Virus record (IMG/VR): IMGVR_UViG_3300023283_000182
Span: 1-41,994 of that record
Length of the DNA stretch: 41,994 nucleotides
Source of the DNA: a virus
Taxonomy: Duplodnaviria; Caudoviricetes
Strand: one strand, 5' to 3'
Positions 24,391 to 34,130 of this stretch are shown in pieces (within the stretch, counting starts at the first letter, position 1; each line of letters begins with the position of its first letter). Both the position numbers and the translations under genes were made by a program. A model generated the notes under the pieces. It was not told the DNA's origin, did not search any database, and saw nothing but the letters and a program-made list of their open reading frames with translations.

Positions 24391-25242
24391 ATGGCATTGA
24401 AGGCGCAATTGGAAAGTCTGGACGGGCTGGACGAAAACGTCGCAGCGCTCTACAAGAAGCAGGATGACGAGACGTTTGTCCTTGACGTGGAGCCGGCTAA
24501 CGGGGTCGAGCTCGCTGATACGCAGGGTCTCAAGAAGGCTCTCGAATCAGAACGGTCGGCGAAAACCAAGGCTGAAAAAGCTCATAAGGAGCTTCAGTCG
24601 CGGGTCGGCGATCTGGATCTCGAAACTGCCCGCGAAGCGGTTAAGAAGATCGAAGAACTCGGCGATGACGCGGATGTCGAATCCCGCGTTAGCGCTGCGA
24701 TCGAGCAGCGCCAACAGCAACTCCAGACCAAGTTTGAAAACGAAGCCAAGAAGCTTCGCGAAGATCTCGAGGCGGAGCGTGACAACTTCAAGACCGAAGC
24801 CGAGACGCTGGAATCTCAGCTTGGGGAAGTCATGGTCCGGAACGAGGCGATCACTGCGATCAACGAAGCGGGTGGCTCCGTCCATCTGCTCCTACCCCTC
24901 ATCGAGCGGTCGGTGCAGATGAGAAAGAATGAAGAAAACGGTAAGCGTGAAGTGGTCGTCTTGGACGAGAAGACGGGTAACACCCGTCTCAGCACTTCAT
25001 CGGGATCGACGAATAATATGTCGATTCCGGAGTTCGTGAATGAGCTCAAAGCGAAGCCGGAATTCGGCGCGGCCTTCAAGCCGAGCGGCTCTTCCGGAGG
25101 CGGATCCTCCGGAAGCTCCAGTTCAGGCCGTTCGAATGGTGACTCGTATGTCATCAGTCGGGACGAAGCAAAAGACGTTTCAAAGTACCGCCAAGCGCGA
25201 GCAGAAGCGGAGAAGAGCGGTCTTGAACTGGTGATCCAGTGA
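24391..25242 (+). CDS. Capsid scaffolding protein
   Basis: MALKAQLESLDGL...GLKKALESER coiled coil and a Ser/Gly linker; directly upstream of the capsid gene. Confidence 0.85.
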   Translation: MALKAQLESLDGLDENVAALYKKQDDETFVLDVEPANGVELADTQGLKKALESERSAKTKAEKAHKELQSRVGDLDLETAREAVKKIEELGDDADVESRVSAAIEQRQQQLQTKFENEAKKLREDLEAERDNFKTEAETLESQLGEVMVRNEAITAINEAGGSVHLLLPLIERSVQMRKNEENGKREVVVLDEKTGNTRLSTSSGSTNNMSIPEFVNELKAKPEFGAAFKPSGSSGGGSSGSSSSGRSNGDSYVISRDEAKDVSKYRQARAEAEKSGLELVIQ

Positions 25243-25271
25243 TCATTTGACTGCAATTCAAGGAAACGACA

Positions 25272-26435
25272 ATGCCCAATACTCTCGGCTTTTATAATCC
25301 GGAATTCTATGCCCAAGAGGCGCTGATCCAACTGGAAAAGGCGCTCGGTATGGCAGGACGGGTTCACCGCGGATACGACGAAGAGCGACGAGCCTTTCGT
25401 CGTGGCGAATTCATCAACATCAGGAAGCCCTCGACCTTCACGGCTCAGGACGCTCCGTCGAGCTCTCAGGACGTGGACACCGAGTCCCTCCAGATTCAGC
25501 TTGCTTACTGGCGCGAAGTGAAATTCGAGCTGACCGACAAGGAGCTGAGCTTCACGCAGAGCCGCATCATCGACGAGCATATCCGTCCCGCGGCGTTTGC
25601 TCTCGCTGATGACATCGATCAGAAGCTGGCGGGGCTCTACAACCGCGTCCCGTGGGTCTACGACCTGACGGGAACTCTGTCCAGTCCCCAGACTAGCGAC
25701 ATCACCTCGCCGCGTCGAATCCTGTTCGATGCGGAAGCGCCGGTGCGTGAGGTTGATCGGATGCACTATATGATCGACGGGACGCTTGAGGAGACTTTCC
25801 TCAACAACGCGTCGTTCAGTCAGCAGCAAGGCGCTGGTGACATGGGCATCCAGACCCAGACAACCGCCGGAATGGGTCCGAAGTTCGGTGTGAACCTTTT
25901 CGCGAATCAGAACGTGCAGGGTCACACAGCGGGTTCTTTGAGCATCGGCACGGCTGCTCAGGTCAACGCGACCGTCGCGGCGGGTGAAACTCAGCTCGTC
26001 GTGAAAGACTCGAGCGGTTCGTTGACCGGTGATGTCAACGAAGGTGATACGTTCATCATCGCCGGGAACTCCCAGCGGTACGTCATCACCGCCGACGCCT
26101 CCGCGTCCGGCAACCTCCTGACGATCAACTTCACTCCTGCTCTCGCGGCGGAAGCGGCGGAAGACGACGGCATTACGTTTGATCAGACGACCACGGTCGC
26201 TGAAAACCTGATGTTCCATCGCAATGCTTTCGCCTTGGCGATGGCTCCTCTCTCCGATCTCGGGAACGAGCTCGGGGCGAGGATCGCTCCTGTTACCGAT
26301 CCGCGAACCGGCCTCGCTCTCCGGAGCCGCCTGTTCTACGATGGTGACAACTCGGCGGTGAAGGTCGCGTTGGACGTGCTGTTCGGATTCCGTGAGCTCG
26401 ATCCGAACCTCGCGTGTCGTGGCCGTCGGACGTAA
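25272..26435 (+). CDS. Major capsid protein (P22 coat-like, HK97 fold)
   Basis: 387 aa; G..INIRKP, IRPAAFALADDID, NLMFHRNAFALA, LDVLFG. Confidence 0.92.
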   Translation: MPNTLGFYNPEFYAQEALIQLEKALGMAGRVHRGYDEERRAFRRGEFINIRKPSTFTAQDAPSSSQDVDTESLQIQLAYWREVKFELTDKELSFTQSRIIDEHIRPAAFALADDIDQKLAGLYNRVPWVYDLTGTLSSPQTSDITSPRRILFDAEAPVREVDRMHYMIDGTLEETFLNNASFSQQQGAGDMGIQTQTTAGMGPKFGVNLFANQNVQGHTAGSLSIGTAAQVNATVAAGETQLVVKDSSGSLTGDVNEGDTFIIAGNSQRYVITADASASGNLLTINFTPALAAEAAEDDGITFDQTTTVAENLMFHRNAFALAMAPLSDLGNELGARIAPVTDPRTGLALRSRLFYDGDNSAVKVALDVLFGFRELDPNLACRGRRT

Positions 26436-26452
26436 CGCCGGTCCGAAATAGG

Positions 26453-26483
26453 AGCTGAGGGCCTGACGGCCCTCAGCTTTTTT
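26453..26483 (+). terminator. Rho-independent terminator after the capsid gene
   Basis: AGCTGAGGGCC-TGAC-GGCCCTCAGCT followed by a T tract. Confidence 0.9.
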
Positions 26484-26513
26484 GATATCTTTCTTTTAGC
26501 CTGGAGAACCGAG

Positions 26514-26813
26514 ATGCCGAAGCCAATCCCCACCGTCGAACTTCAGAAAGATGGCGTCGGGAAGATTCGTGTAAACGAATCCGACAAAGAGCTCTACTTG
26601 AAGAAGGGCTACACCTACGTCGGTGACTCGCCGCCGGAAAGCACTGTGCAGAGTCCGAAGCCCATCGAGATCGGTACGAATGTGAAGGTTTCGGACGGCT
26701 CCCTCGGTACTGTGATGGCGCTTTTCGATGACGGGACCGCAGAAGTCGGCTTCGAAGACGAGGACGATACGTTGGTCGTCGATTTGGTCGACCTGCAACT
26801 CGCACCTGAGTAA
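26514..26813 (+). CDS. Small acidic virion-associated protein with a KOW/SH3-like C-terminus
   Basis: GGAG SD; IEIGTNVKV.DGSLGTV pattern. Confidence 0.65.
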   Translation: MPKPIPTVELQKDGVGKIRVNESDKELYLKKGYTYVGDSPPESTVQSPKPIEIGTNVKVSDGSLGTVMALFDDGTAEVGFEDEDDTLVVDLVDLQLAPE

Positions 26814-26816
26814 TCC

Positions 26817-27326
26817 ATGAGTTTCGTAGTGGAAGACGGATCCGGGCTGGCGAACGCTAATAGTTATGCGAGCGTCGCCGAAGCGGATACGTATCACTCG
26901 AATCACGGAAATCCCTCGGCCTGGACGAATGCTACGACTGCAGAGAAGGAGGCGTCGCTACGGCTGGCGACTCAAGCTCTTGACGTGGATAACGCAAGTC
27001 GGTGGAGAGGCCGACGAGCCTTTGAGTCCCAAGGTCTCGATTGGCCGAGGGTGGGTGTGGTCGACGAAGATGAGTTCATCGTTTCGACTACTGTGGTCCC
27101 TAGAGAAGTGAAGGACGCGACCGCTTACCTAGCGCTCGCGTCCATTAACGGAGACACACTGATCCCGGATGAAACAGAGGCTCCGGTGGAATCAGAGCTT
27201 GTGAAGGTGGGATCGATAACCATTGACACGGAGTTCGCTGGTTCGAACCCGTCGAGAAAGCGGTACCCGTTGGCGAGGAAGCTGTTGAGGCCATTCGTTG
27301 ATGTCAGTGGAGTAAATCGCGGATGA
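26817..27326 (+). CDS. Head-tail adaptor (DnaT-like family)
   Basis: VVEDGSGLANANSYASVAEAD...GRR...QGLDWPR...VP.EVK.A. Confidence 0.85.
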   Translation: MSFVVEDGSGLANANSYASVAEADTYHSNHGNPSAWTNATTAEKEASLRLATQALDVDNASRWRGRRAFESQGLDWPRVGVVDEDEFIVSTTVVPREVKDATAYLALASINGDTLIPDETEAPVESELVKVGSITIDTEFAGSNPSRKRYPLARKLLRPFVDVSGVNRG

Positions 27327-27985
27327 CCACTGTTCTTGACACTAAGATTGAGCAGAAGCTCGGGCCGATATTTTCGAAATACGGAACGGACTTTACGTTC
27401 CGTACCCAGGATTCCAGTTATAACGTAGAAACCGGAAAGGTCTCGACTGGTGTCCTCGGAGAAACGTCGGTTGCGCTGGGGGATGCAGTACCCGATTTCT
27501 GGGACGATGCGAATACAGTTGATTGGGCAAGCAGTGAATCGGACCCCGGAGTTGTCAGCAAGACAGATGAGGAGGTTCTGGCCGGCGCAAATCGTATCCA
27601 AGTGGGCGATGAAGTTCTGGCCTTCGCGACGGTGCAGACGACGGGCAGCGGCCCGTTTCTCCATCGCTTATCGCGTCTTCTGAGAGGGCTGGATGGAACG
27701 GATGACGAGGTCGACGGCCACGTAATCGGTGAGACGATCCAATTCCTGGGCGAAACGTTTACAGTGAAAGGGACTCCGCCCTCACCCGTCAAGAAGCAAT
27801 ACGTCAATGGCGAGACGATAAAACTGGATGACATGGAAACAGTGATTCAGAACCCCACGAACTTCACGCCGAAAGTGAATATGGAAGTCGAGAACGCGGG
27901 GACGAAGTACCGCATTGTCAGCTTGTCCCCGCTTCACAGCGGAGACAGGGTTGCAGCGTGGGAGATACGAATGCGGAGGCAGTGA
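27323..27985 (+). CDS. Head closure protein with an inserted tail-tip-like domain
   Basis: Position and N/C-terminal patterns (KYG...YNVETG; YRIVSLSP) fit a head-closure protein. The central ~95 aa resemble part of 38578-40893. Confidence 0.7.
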   Translation: MTTVLDTKIEQKLGPIFSKYGTDFTFRTQDSSYNVETGKVSTGVLGETSVALGDAVPDFWDDANTVDWASSESDPGVVSKTDEEVLAGANRIQVGDEVLAFATVQTTGSGPFLHRLSRLLRGLDGTDDEVDGHVIGETIQFLGETFTVKGTPPSPVKKQYVNGETIKLDDMETVIQNPTNFTPKVNMEVENAGTKYRIVSLSPLHSGDRVAAWEIRMRRQ

Positions 27986-28458
27986 TGGCCGATGCGCTGC
28001 AGAAAAACCTCGAGCAGTTTAACAGGGAACTCAGCAAAGAGGCGAAGAAGCTCACAGAAGACCAAGTCGTCTTATTCATCAAGAAAGTGGCTCTCGAAGC
28101 GCTGAGACGTGTCGTCATGAAGACTCCGGTCAATGCGCAGACAGGGAAAGGCGGTCGAGCGAGAGGTAACTGGCAGGTAACGCTGAATGCTCCTGCAACT
28201 GGTCAGTTGAACGTAACGGATAAGTCCGGCACTACGACGATAACCAAAGGATTCGAGCAGCTTGGAAGCCTCAATAGCTTAATAGCGTCGGGCAACTTCC
28301 CAGTCGTATGGATAACGAATAACGTCGATTACATCGAAGTCCTGGAGTTCGGACTGTATCCCGGTAGCGGTCCGAATACAATCGGGGGGTTCAGCAAGCA
28401 AGCACCGAAGGGGATGGTTCAGGTTACGCTTGGAGAACTGAGAGAGATGTTCAAATGA
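27985..28458 (+). CDS. Tail completion protein (HK97 gp10-like)
   Basis: TPV...GRARGNWQV, NNVDYIEVLEFG, SKQAPKGMV. TGATG overlap gives the start at 27985. Confidence 0.85.
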   Translation: MADALQKNLEQFNRELSKEAKKLTEDQVVLFIKKVALEALRRVVMKTPVNAQTGKGGRARGNWQVTLNAPATGQLNVTDKSGTTTITKGFEQLGSLNSLIASGNFPVVWITNNVDYIEVLEFGLYPGSGPNTIGGFSKQAPKGMVQVTLGELREMFK

Positions 28459-28856
28459 CCCCGGATGAGCTTGTCAATACGGTTCAAAGCCGAATGAAGA
28501 CGCTCGTCCAAGATGTCTTGAATATAGCGGGGACGTTCGACAACGTGGAAATAGATCCCCCTGACGGGGAGCCGATGTTTGAAGCTCATGTTCTACTGGG
28601 GGAGCGAACCTTAGCTCAACTCGGCAACCCGAGAACGTTCAGAACCACAGGATCGTTGATGGTAAATATCTATGCTCCTGTTGGGGAGGGATCGGCTTCG
28701 ACTGGAGCTATTGTGAATAAGATAGACGAGGTTTTCAGAGGTGTTACGGTCGATGCCGTTGTTTACCTCGTCCCGCAGATCCAGCGTCTCGGCAGGCAAG
28801 GAACAAGACACGTAACCAACGTCTCGTGTCCGTTTAGACACGACGACACAGAGTAA
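28455..28856 (+). CDS. Tail terminator protein
   Basis: Position before the tail tube; G.L.VNIYAP.GEG pattern. Confidence 0.75.
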   Translation: MTPDELVNTVQSRMKTLVQDVLNIAGTFDNVEIDPPDGEPMFEAHVLLGERTLAQLGNPRTFRTTGSLMVNIYAPVGEGSASTGAIVNKIDEVFRGVTVDAVVYLVPQIQRLGRQGTRHVTNVSCPFRHDDTE

Positions 28857-28866
28857 GGAGCTCGCT

Positions 28867-30045
28867 ATGAGCAACGCAGATAGAGTCGGACTAGCTTTCT
28901 TTGAAGAAACAACATGGGGCGAGTTACCCGGCAGTGCTCCGACCCTGCAAGACCTCCGGTTCGTTTCGGAGTCCTTGGCGCAGGAAACAGGCACGACTCG
29001 TTCGCCTGAGATCCGGGACGACCGACAAACTTCGCATGTCCATCGGACCAGCGTAAATGCAAGCGGGGACATCAATTTCGAACTGTCATTTGACGGGTTC
29101 GATGCCTTTCTGTCTGCTGCGCTTGGATCCGCGGATTTTACTCCTGACGACAGTGTTACGAGCGATGACACGGATGTCGTGTTCGTGGCCGCAACATCTC
29201 AGATCAACAGTATGGGCGCATTTCCTTCAGTCCCGGCCGTCGGCTCGTGGATCAAGGTATCCGGGGCAGCCGAAGATGCCAACAACGGATTTTTCCGCGT
29301 GACATCGTCAAGCAGCACCTCCATTGAAGTCCACGTCCCCGCCGGTACTCTGGTGGATGAAACCCCCGGTGCATCTGTCACCATCCTCGAAGGTGGGCAG
29401 GCGGTCAACGGGGTAGCTCACCGATCCTTCGGTATCGAGAGAACCTATGAAGACCTCGTTTCGGCCGATCGATTCGTTTACTACCTCGGCATGATGGTGG
29501 ATACGCTTTCTCTGAGCATCGCCTCAGAATCGATCATCTCCGGCGTTCTTGGCTTCAGGGGTAAGACGGAGAATGACGGTGGCGGTTCCACCATCGGGGA
29601 CGGCTCCAATATCGCCGCACCTTCCAACATCGTGATGAACACGGTTGATCACGTTGCTCAGATACGAGAGGGCGAGTCGGGAATCGGCGTACTGTCCTTT
29701 GACATCAACACAGCGAACAACCTGAGGTTGAGGCCCGAGGTAGCGTCTCTCGGTCCCATCTCGCTAGGTAAGGGCAAGTTCACTGCCTCGGGTACGCTGC
29801 AAGCGTATTTCACGACGAAGGCGCTACTCGATAAGTACCTGAACTTCACGACTACCAGTTTGGAGCTCGCAGTGACCGACATCGCTGGGAACTCATATGT
29901 CTTCGAGATGCCCAGTGTGAAGTTTACTCAGGGCCGTCGAGTAACCGGCGGCGAGAACACAGACATCATCGCGGATCTGCAATGGGAGGCTTTCATGGAT
30001 AGCTCTTTGGGCTATACTATGAAGATTGCGAAGTTTGCCGCGTAA
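28867..30045 (+). CDS. Major tail tube protein
   Basis: EETTWG..P, SPEIR.DRQ, GDINFELS, SGTLQAYF; AAGGAG SD. Confidence 0.88.
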   Translation: MSNADRVGLAFFEETTWGELPGSAPTLQDLRFVSESLAQETGTTRSPEIRDDRQTSHVHRTSVNASGDINFELSFDGFDAFLSAALGSADFTPDDSVTSDDTDVVFVAATSQINSMGAFPSVPAVGSWIKVSGAAEDANNGFFRVTSSSSTSIEVHVPAGTLVDETPGASVTILEGGQAVNGVAHRSFGIERTYEDLVSADRFVYYLGMMVDTLSLSIASESIISGVLGFRGKTENDGGGSTIGDGSNIAAPSNIVMNTVDHVAQIREGESGIGVLSFDINTANNLRLRPEVASLGPISLGKGKFTASGTLQAYFTTKALLDKYLNFTTTSLELAVTDIAGNSYVFEMPSVKFTQGRRVTGGENTDIIADLQWEAFMDSSLGYTMKIAKFAA

Positions 30046-30057
30046 CGAGACCGGTCC

Positions 30058-30093
30058 GCCCGGTCCGGGACGCCTCCACCCGGATCGGGCTTT
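30058..30093 (+). terminator. Hairpin after the tail tube gene, possible partial terminator
   Basis: GCCCGGTCCGGG / CCCGGATCGGGC (one G-U) followed by TTT. Confidence 0.55.
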
Positions 30094-30110
30094 CAGAATA
30101 GGGCATTCAG

Positions 30111-30566
30111 ATGGATATCAGGCAGTTCGGAACGAACCAAGAAAAAGAGACCTCGGGCGTGTGGGTCCCGATCGGCCACGATCTGCAGGTGAAGATCTGC
30201 CGGATCGGGAACGAAAGGTACGAGTCTTACCTTCGGCAAATCGGGAAGCCGATGAAGCATCAGCTTCGCCGAGGGGACGCTGATCCGAAGGAGTCCAAGT
30301 CGCTGCTGATTCGGGCGATCGCTCGGCACGTTCTGGTTGATTGGGACGGCTTGGAAGAGCCGGACGAGAACGGCAAGCTCCATAAGATCGAGTACAGCGA
30401 GAAGAAGGCCATCCAACTACTCGAGGACTACCCTGAGTTCTACCGGCTCATCCTCGACCTCGGGAATGACCCCTCTCTTTTCAAGGACGACGATGAGGGA
30501 AACTCCGAACCTTCCTCAGATGGTCAATCGAGTATGGGCAGCACGAGTCCAGCCTCCGCCGACTGA
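30111..30566 (+). CDS. Tail assembly chaperone (G)
   Basis: Lies between tube and tape measure; GVWV...LVDWDG...YS. Confidence 0.85.
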   Translation: MDIRQFGTNQEKETSGVWVPIGHDLQVKICRIGNERYESYLRQIGKPMKHQLRRGDADPKESKSLLIRAIARHVLVDWDGLEEPDENGKLHKIEYSEKKAIQLLEDYPEFYRLILDLGNDPSLFKDDDEGNSEPSSDGQSSMGSTSPASAD

Positions 30567-30958
30567 GGAAGACCAGAATAGAGGTTCCGGCGCTAGATAA
30601 CAAGCCGGAGCTACACGATGACCTCGTGCCTATTTTCAATGCGTTCCATTCTCTGAGCGCAACTCGGACCTATGGATACGGCATTGCGAACCCGCTTCAG
30701 CCATCCGAAGTGATAGCGTGGCTGGAATTCCATGGCGTAGAGCTAAGCGAACGAGAAGAGTGGTTCGAACTCATAATGGCTATGGATCGTGAATACTTGA
30801 CGATCATGGCTGATAAGAGCAAGCGGTCGCAGCATGGCAACCCTCCCCCTAGCAATCGACGCTCGCAAGATGCGCCAGGGAAGTCGGGAAGCAACCCGAT
30901 CTCTGGAGTCGGTCCGCAAGGGATCCAAAGAAGCCGTAACCGGTCTGCGAGGCGTTGA
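30497..30958 (+). CDS. Tail assembly chaperone -1 frameshift extension (GT)
   Basis: In-frame slippery heptamer G GGA AAC at 30497-30503. The -1 frame is open (LRTFLRW...PEL...AFHSLSATR) and continuous with track ORF 30626-30958. Confidence 0.85.
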   Translation, partial: GKLRTFLRWSIEYGQHESSLRRLRKTRIEVPALDNKPELHDDLVPIFNAFHSLSATRTYGYGIANPLQPSEVIAWLEFHGVELSEREEWFELIMAMDREYLTIMADKSKRSQHGNPPPSNRRSQDAPGKSGSNPISGVGPQGIQRSRNRSARR

Positions 30959-33900
30959 TCGCAAGATGGATCAAACCGGCCGCACAGCGGCTACGCTGAA
31001 AAGAGCGTTCGTCGGTTTATTCGCGGGCATCAGTGCTACAGTCGTACTTCAGAAAACTATCTCCGTCTTCGGCGACTTCGAATTCACGATGCAGACCGTC
31101 CGTGGCGTCACACAAGCCACGGATGAGCAGTTCCAACGGCTGGAAGAAACAGCGCGTAGCTTAGGCGCGACGACAAGGTTCAGCGCAAACCAGTCTGGTG
31201 AAGCGCTGTTATTCTTGTCTCGGGCCGGGTTCGATGTTGATGAAGCTATCTCAGCGCTACCCGCTACGCTGAACCTTGCAGCGGCAGGGAACATCGACCT
31301 CGGGCGAGCGGCGGACTTCGCGTCTAACATTCTGAGCCAGTTCGGCCTTCAGGCAGAAGAGACGGTCCGTGTTGCAGATGTCCTCGTCGCTGTCAGCAAC
31401 CGCGCGAACACAGATATCACGCAACTGGCAGAAGCGATGAAGTTCGCTGGTCCGGTTGCCGGTTCCCTCGGTAAATCCGTTGAGGAGACTGCGGCTGCAA
31501 TCGGTGTCCTTGGCGATAGCGGCATCCAAGCATCTCTCGCTGGTACGAACCTTCGAGGTATCTTTGCCGGGCTGCTCGGGCCGACCAGTCAAGCGTTGGA
31601 TGTCTTCGATGAGCTGAACTTGGAGCTTGAAGACGTTGATCCCGCGGTTAACTCACTAGTCGAGATCTTCCGTCGGTTCCGAGAAGCGAACCTCTCAGCT
31701 TCGCAGGCGGTTGAGATCTTCGGTCGGAGGAACGCCAGCGCCGCATTGATCCTTACGCAGAACGTCGAAAGGTTGGAAGAGCTAACCGAAGAAGCGGATA
31801 ACGCCGAAGACGCTTCGCAGAACATGGCGGACACCATGAATGACTCGCTGAACGCGAGTCTCTTGGGCCTGACTTCAGCGCTGCAAGAAGCCATGCTCGC
31901 CACGGGTGATGCGGGTCTCGCCTCGGCTTTCAGGGATCTCGTGACTACCGCGACCGGCGTGGTTCGGACACTTGCAGGCATGGGTGATTCTGTTGAGCAG
32001 AACAAGTTCCTGATTGAAGCGCTTGCGAGAGCCACGATTGCGTTGAGCGCAGGGATATCAGCGATATTGATCTTGAGGGCCGCGTCCTGGTTCATCGGAC
32101 TTACGGCCGCCATACAAAGCACGACGACAGCGGTACAAGCGCTCCGGGTAGCGCTCTTGAAGAACCCGATCACCGCGATCGGCGTTGCTGTGGCTGCGCT
32201 GGCAACGGCATTCGTCGATTTTTCATCTGATACAGACAGGCTCACAAGCTCCCTAGAAAGAGCGAAGGAACAGGGTAGAGAATTGGCCGCTACCCTGGAT
32301 CGTTTGCGAGAAGCAACTCAGAAAACAATCAGAGCCGGGGTAGTCGGGGATGAAGAAAAAGAAATTAGCGCCCGAGCGGCTGCAATCCAAGCCTTAGAGG
32401 ATCAGATAGATTCGCTGGTGGCTAAGCAGGAGGAGCTCGGCACAGATCGGGAACTCGTGCGGCTTAACCGAGACTTCGAAAATGAAGATCTCAGTAGTCG
32501 GTCGTCCCTCGGGCGCACTGAACAGCAGCTAGTTCGATTGTTGGGGGAGGATGCGAAATTCCTGGATGATCTTCTCAATTCACTCGGGACGGAGGTCTCA
32601 TTTCTCGGGGATTCGAGGGTTGCGTTCATCCAAACAAGTGAGGCCGTCGAAGCCCTGCAAAGCAGGCTAGAGGAGCTCCGGAAAGTTCAGGCAGCATCTG
32701 TAACTTCCTTTAGAGTGAACGAAGAGGCCGCTAGAAAAGAAGCCAGAGGCGTAGAGCTACTAAACGATGAGCTTGACAAACTGGTTTCTAAGCGCGGTGA
32801 GCTACTGCGAGAGCTCGAAGTGGGCGGGTTCACCGAAGAGGAGCGCCAACGTCAGGCGTCTCTTCGAAGAATCCGGAGCGCGGCAGAAAGAGCGAACCTC
32901 CCCGAATCCGAAATCAACCTTCTCCTCGAAGGTGCTAGGGAAGAGCTTGACCAGTTGCAGGAACTTGAACGACAGATAAAAGAAGTGACTGAGGCTCGTG
33001 AAGCAGAAACACGAGCTATGGAAGAGCAGCGTGAAGCCCGACGAGAAGCCATCACTGACCTCGACGAGATGGTCGACAGCCTGCAGCGTGAAAATGCGCT
33101 TTTGAAGATCGACGAAGACCAGCGTGATCGCGTATCTCGGAAGCTGGAAGCGCAGGCTCTCGCGACCGTCGCGCTCCAGGGTGCGACCGAAGAGCAAGCG
33201 GAGACCATCCGAGTCACGCTAACAGAGATTAATCGTCTGATCGACGCCAACGATGCGCTTGAACGGAGCCAGAGGGGTGTCACCGATGCCGTGCGTGACG
33301 ATATCGAAGTTCAATCAGAAGCTGCGAGGCGTCGCAGAGAAGCGAGGCAAAGCCTGGAAGAAGGATTCGGAATTCAGGAGCGAACCGAGGAAACGCAGTT
33401 CCGTCGATTTGCTTTGCAGTCTGGATTTTCTGAACAAGAAGCTTCTCTTTTGTTGGAAACCAAGCGCATACGGGATGAAGTTAATTCTGCAATCAGGGAT
33501 GCAGACTTAGATGCAGACCAAGTGGCAAAGGTCCGAGAAGAGTACTCACTCCTGATCCAAAGATTCCACGATGCTGAGATTGCGCTACTTTCCTTCAGAG
33601 AGGAATCGGAGAAGACACGAGCGGAACAAGAGAGGCAACAACGCGAAGTAGAACGGTTGAGCCGAAGCATGGCAGAAGCCACGACTGCCGCGTTCGGGGA
33701 CATCGTCACGGGTGCGGAAAGTGTTGAGGATGCTTTCCGAAACCTCGGATCCCGGATGATCGATCTGGCGCTGCAAGCAGCCGTGCTGGCTCCTCTGTCA
33801 GGACTGTTTCAGAACTTCTTCCAACCGTTTGCTGGTGGTCTCCTGACAGGTCCGCCTCAGGAAGTCGATTTCTTTGCTTCCGGCGGGGTCGTGAACTCAC

Positions 33901-34130
33901 CAAAGGTCTTCCAGACAGGCAGAGGAACAGGCGTTGCAGGCGAAGCCGGTCCGGAAGCAATCCTTCCCTTGAAAAGAGGACCAGACGGGAACCTTGGCGT
34001 TCAGGGCGGTCAGACAGTCAATCAGTTCATCACAATTCAGACACCCGATGCAGATAGCTTTCGACGTAGTCGGGCTCAGGTAGCAGCGGCTCTTCGCTCT
34101 CCGGTGCGGCGCGCGGCAGGTGACGTATGA
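30834..34130 (+). CDS. Tape measure protein (TP901 family core)
   Basis: 1098 aa helical; ARSLGATTRFSA, AGTNLRG and C-terminal FASGG...GEAGPEAILPL. Confidence 0.95.
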   Translation: MATLPLAIDARKMRQGSREATRSLESVRKGSKEAVTGLRGVDRKMDQTGRTAATLKRAFVGLFAGISATVVLQKTISVFGDFEFTMQTVRGVTQATDEQFQRLEETARSLGATTRFSANQSGEALLFLSRAGFDVDEAISALPATLNLAAAGNIDLGRAADFASNILSQFGLQAEETVRVADVLVAVSNRANTDITQLAEAMKFAGPVAGSLGKSVEETAAAIGVLGDSGIQASLAGTNLRGIFAGLLGPTSQALDVFDELNLELEDVDPAVNSLVEIFRRFREANLSASQAVEIFGRRNASAALILTQNVERLEELTEEADNAEDASQNMADTMNDSLNASLLGLTSALQEAMLATGDAGLASAFRDLVTTATGVVRTLAGMGDSVEQNKFLIEALARATIALSAGISAILILRAASWFIGLTAAIQSTTTAVQALRVALLKNPITAIGVAVAALATAFVDFSSDTDRLTSSLERAKEQGRELAATLDRLREATQKTIRAGVVGDEEKEISARAAAIQALEDQIDSLVAKQEELGTDRELVRLNRDFENEDLSSRSSLGRTEQQLVRLLGEDAKFLDDLLNSLGTEVSFLGDSRVAFIQTSEAVEALQSRLEELRKVQAASVTSFRVNEEAARKEARGVELLNDELDKLVSKRGELLRELEVGGFTEEERQRQASLRRIRSAAERANLPESEINLLLEGAREELDQLQELERQIKEVTEAREAETRAMEEQREARREAITDLDEMVDSLQRENALLKIDEDQRDRVSRKLEAQALATVALQGATEEQAETIRVTLTEINRLIDANDALERSQRGVTDAVRDDIEVQSEAARRRREARQSLEEGFGIQERTEETQFRRFALQSGFSEQEASLLLETKRIRDEVNSAIRDADLDADQVAKVREEYSLLIQRFHDAEIALLSFREESEKTRAEQERQQREVERLSRSMAEATTAAFGDIVTGAESVEDAFRNLGSRMIDLALQAAVLAPLSGLFQNFFQPFAGGLLTGPPQEVDFFASGGVVNSPKVFQTGRGTGVAGEAGPEAILPLKRGPDGNLGVQGGQTVNQFITIQTPDADSFRRSRAQVAAALRSPVRRAAGDV

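Noticed and set aside
24816-26219. 467 aa minus-strand ORF and other long antisense ORFs (e.g. 14703-15641, 10639-11328, 21162-21848)
   Set aside because: Shadow frames of well-supported + strand genes in GC-rich DNA, with no motifs.
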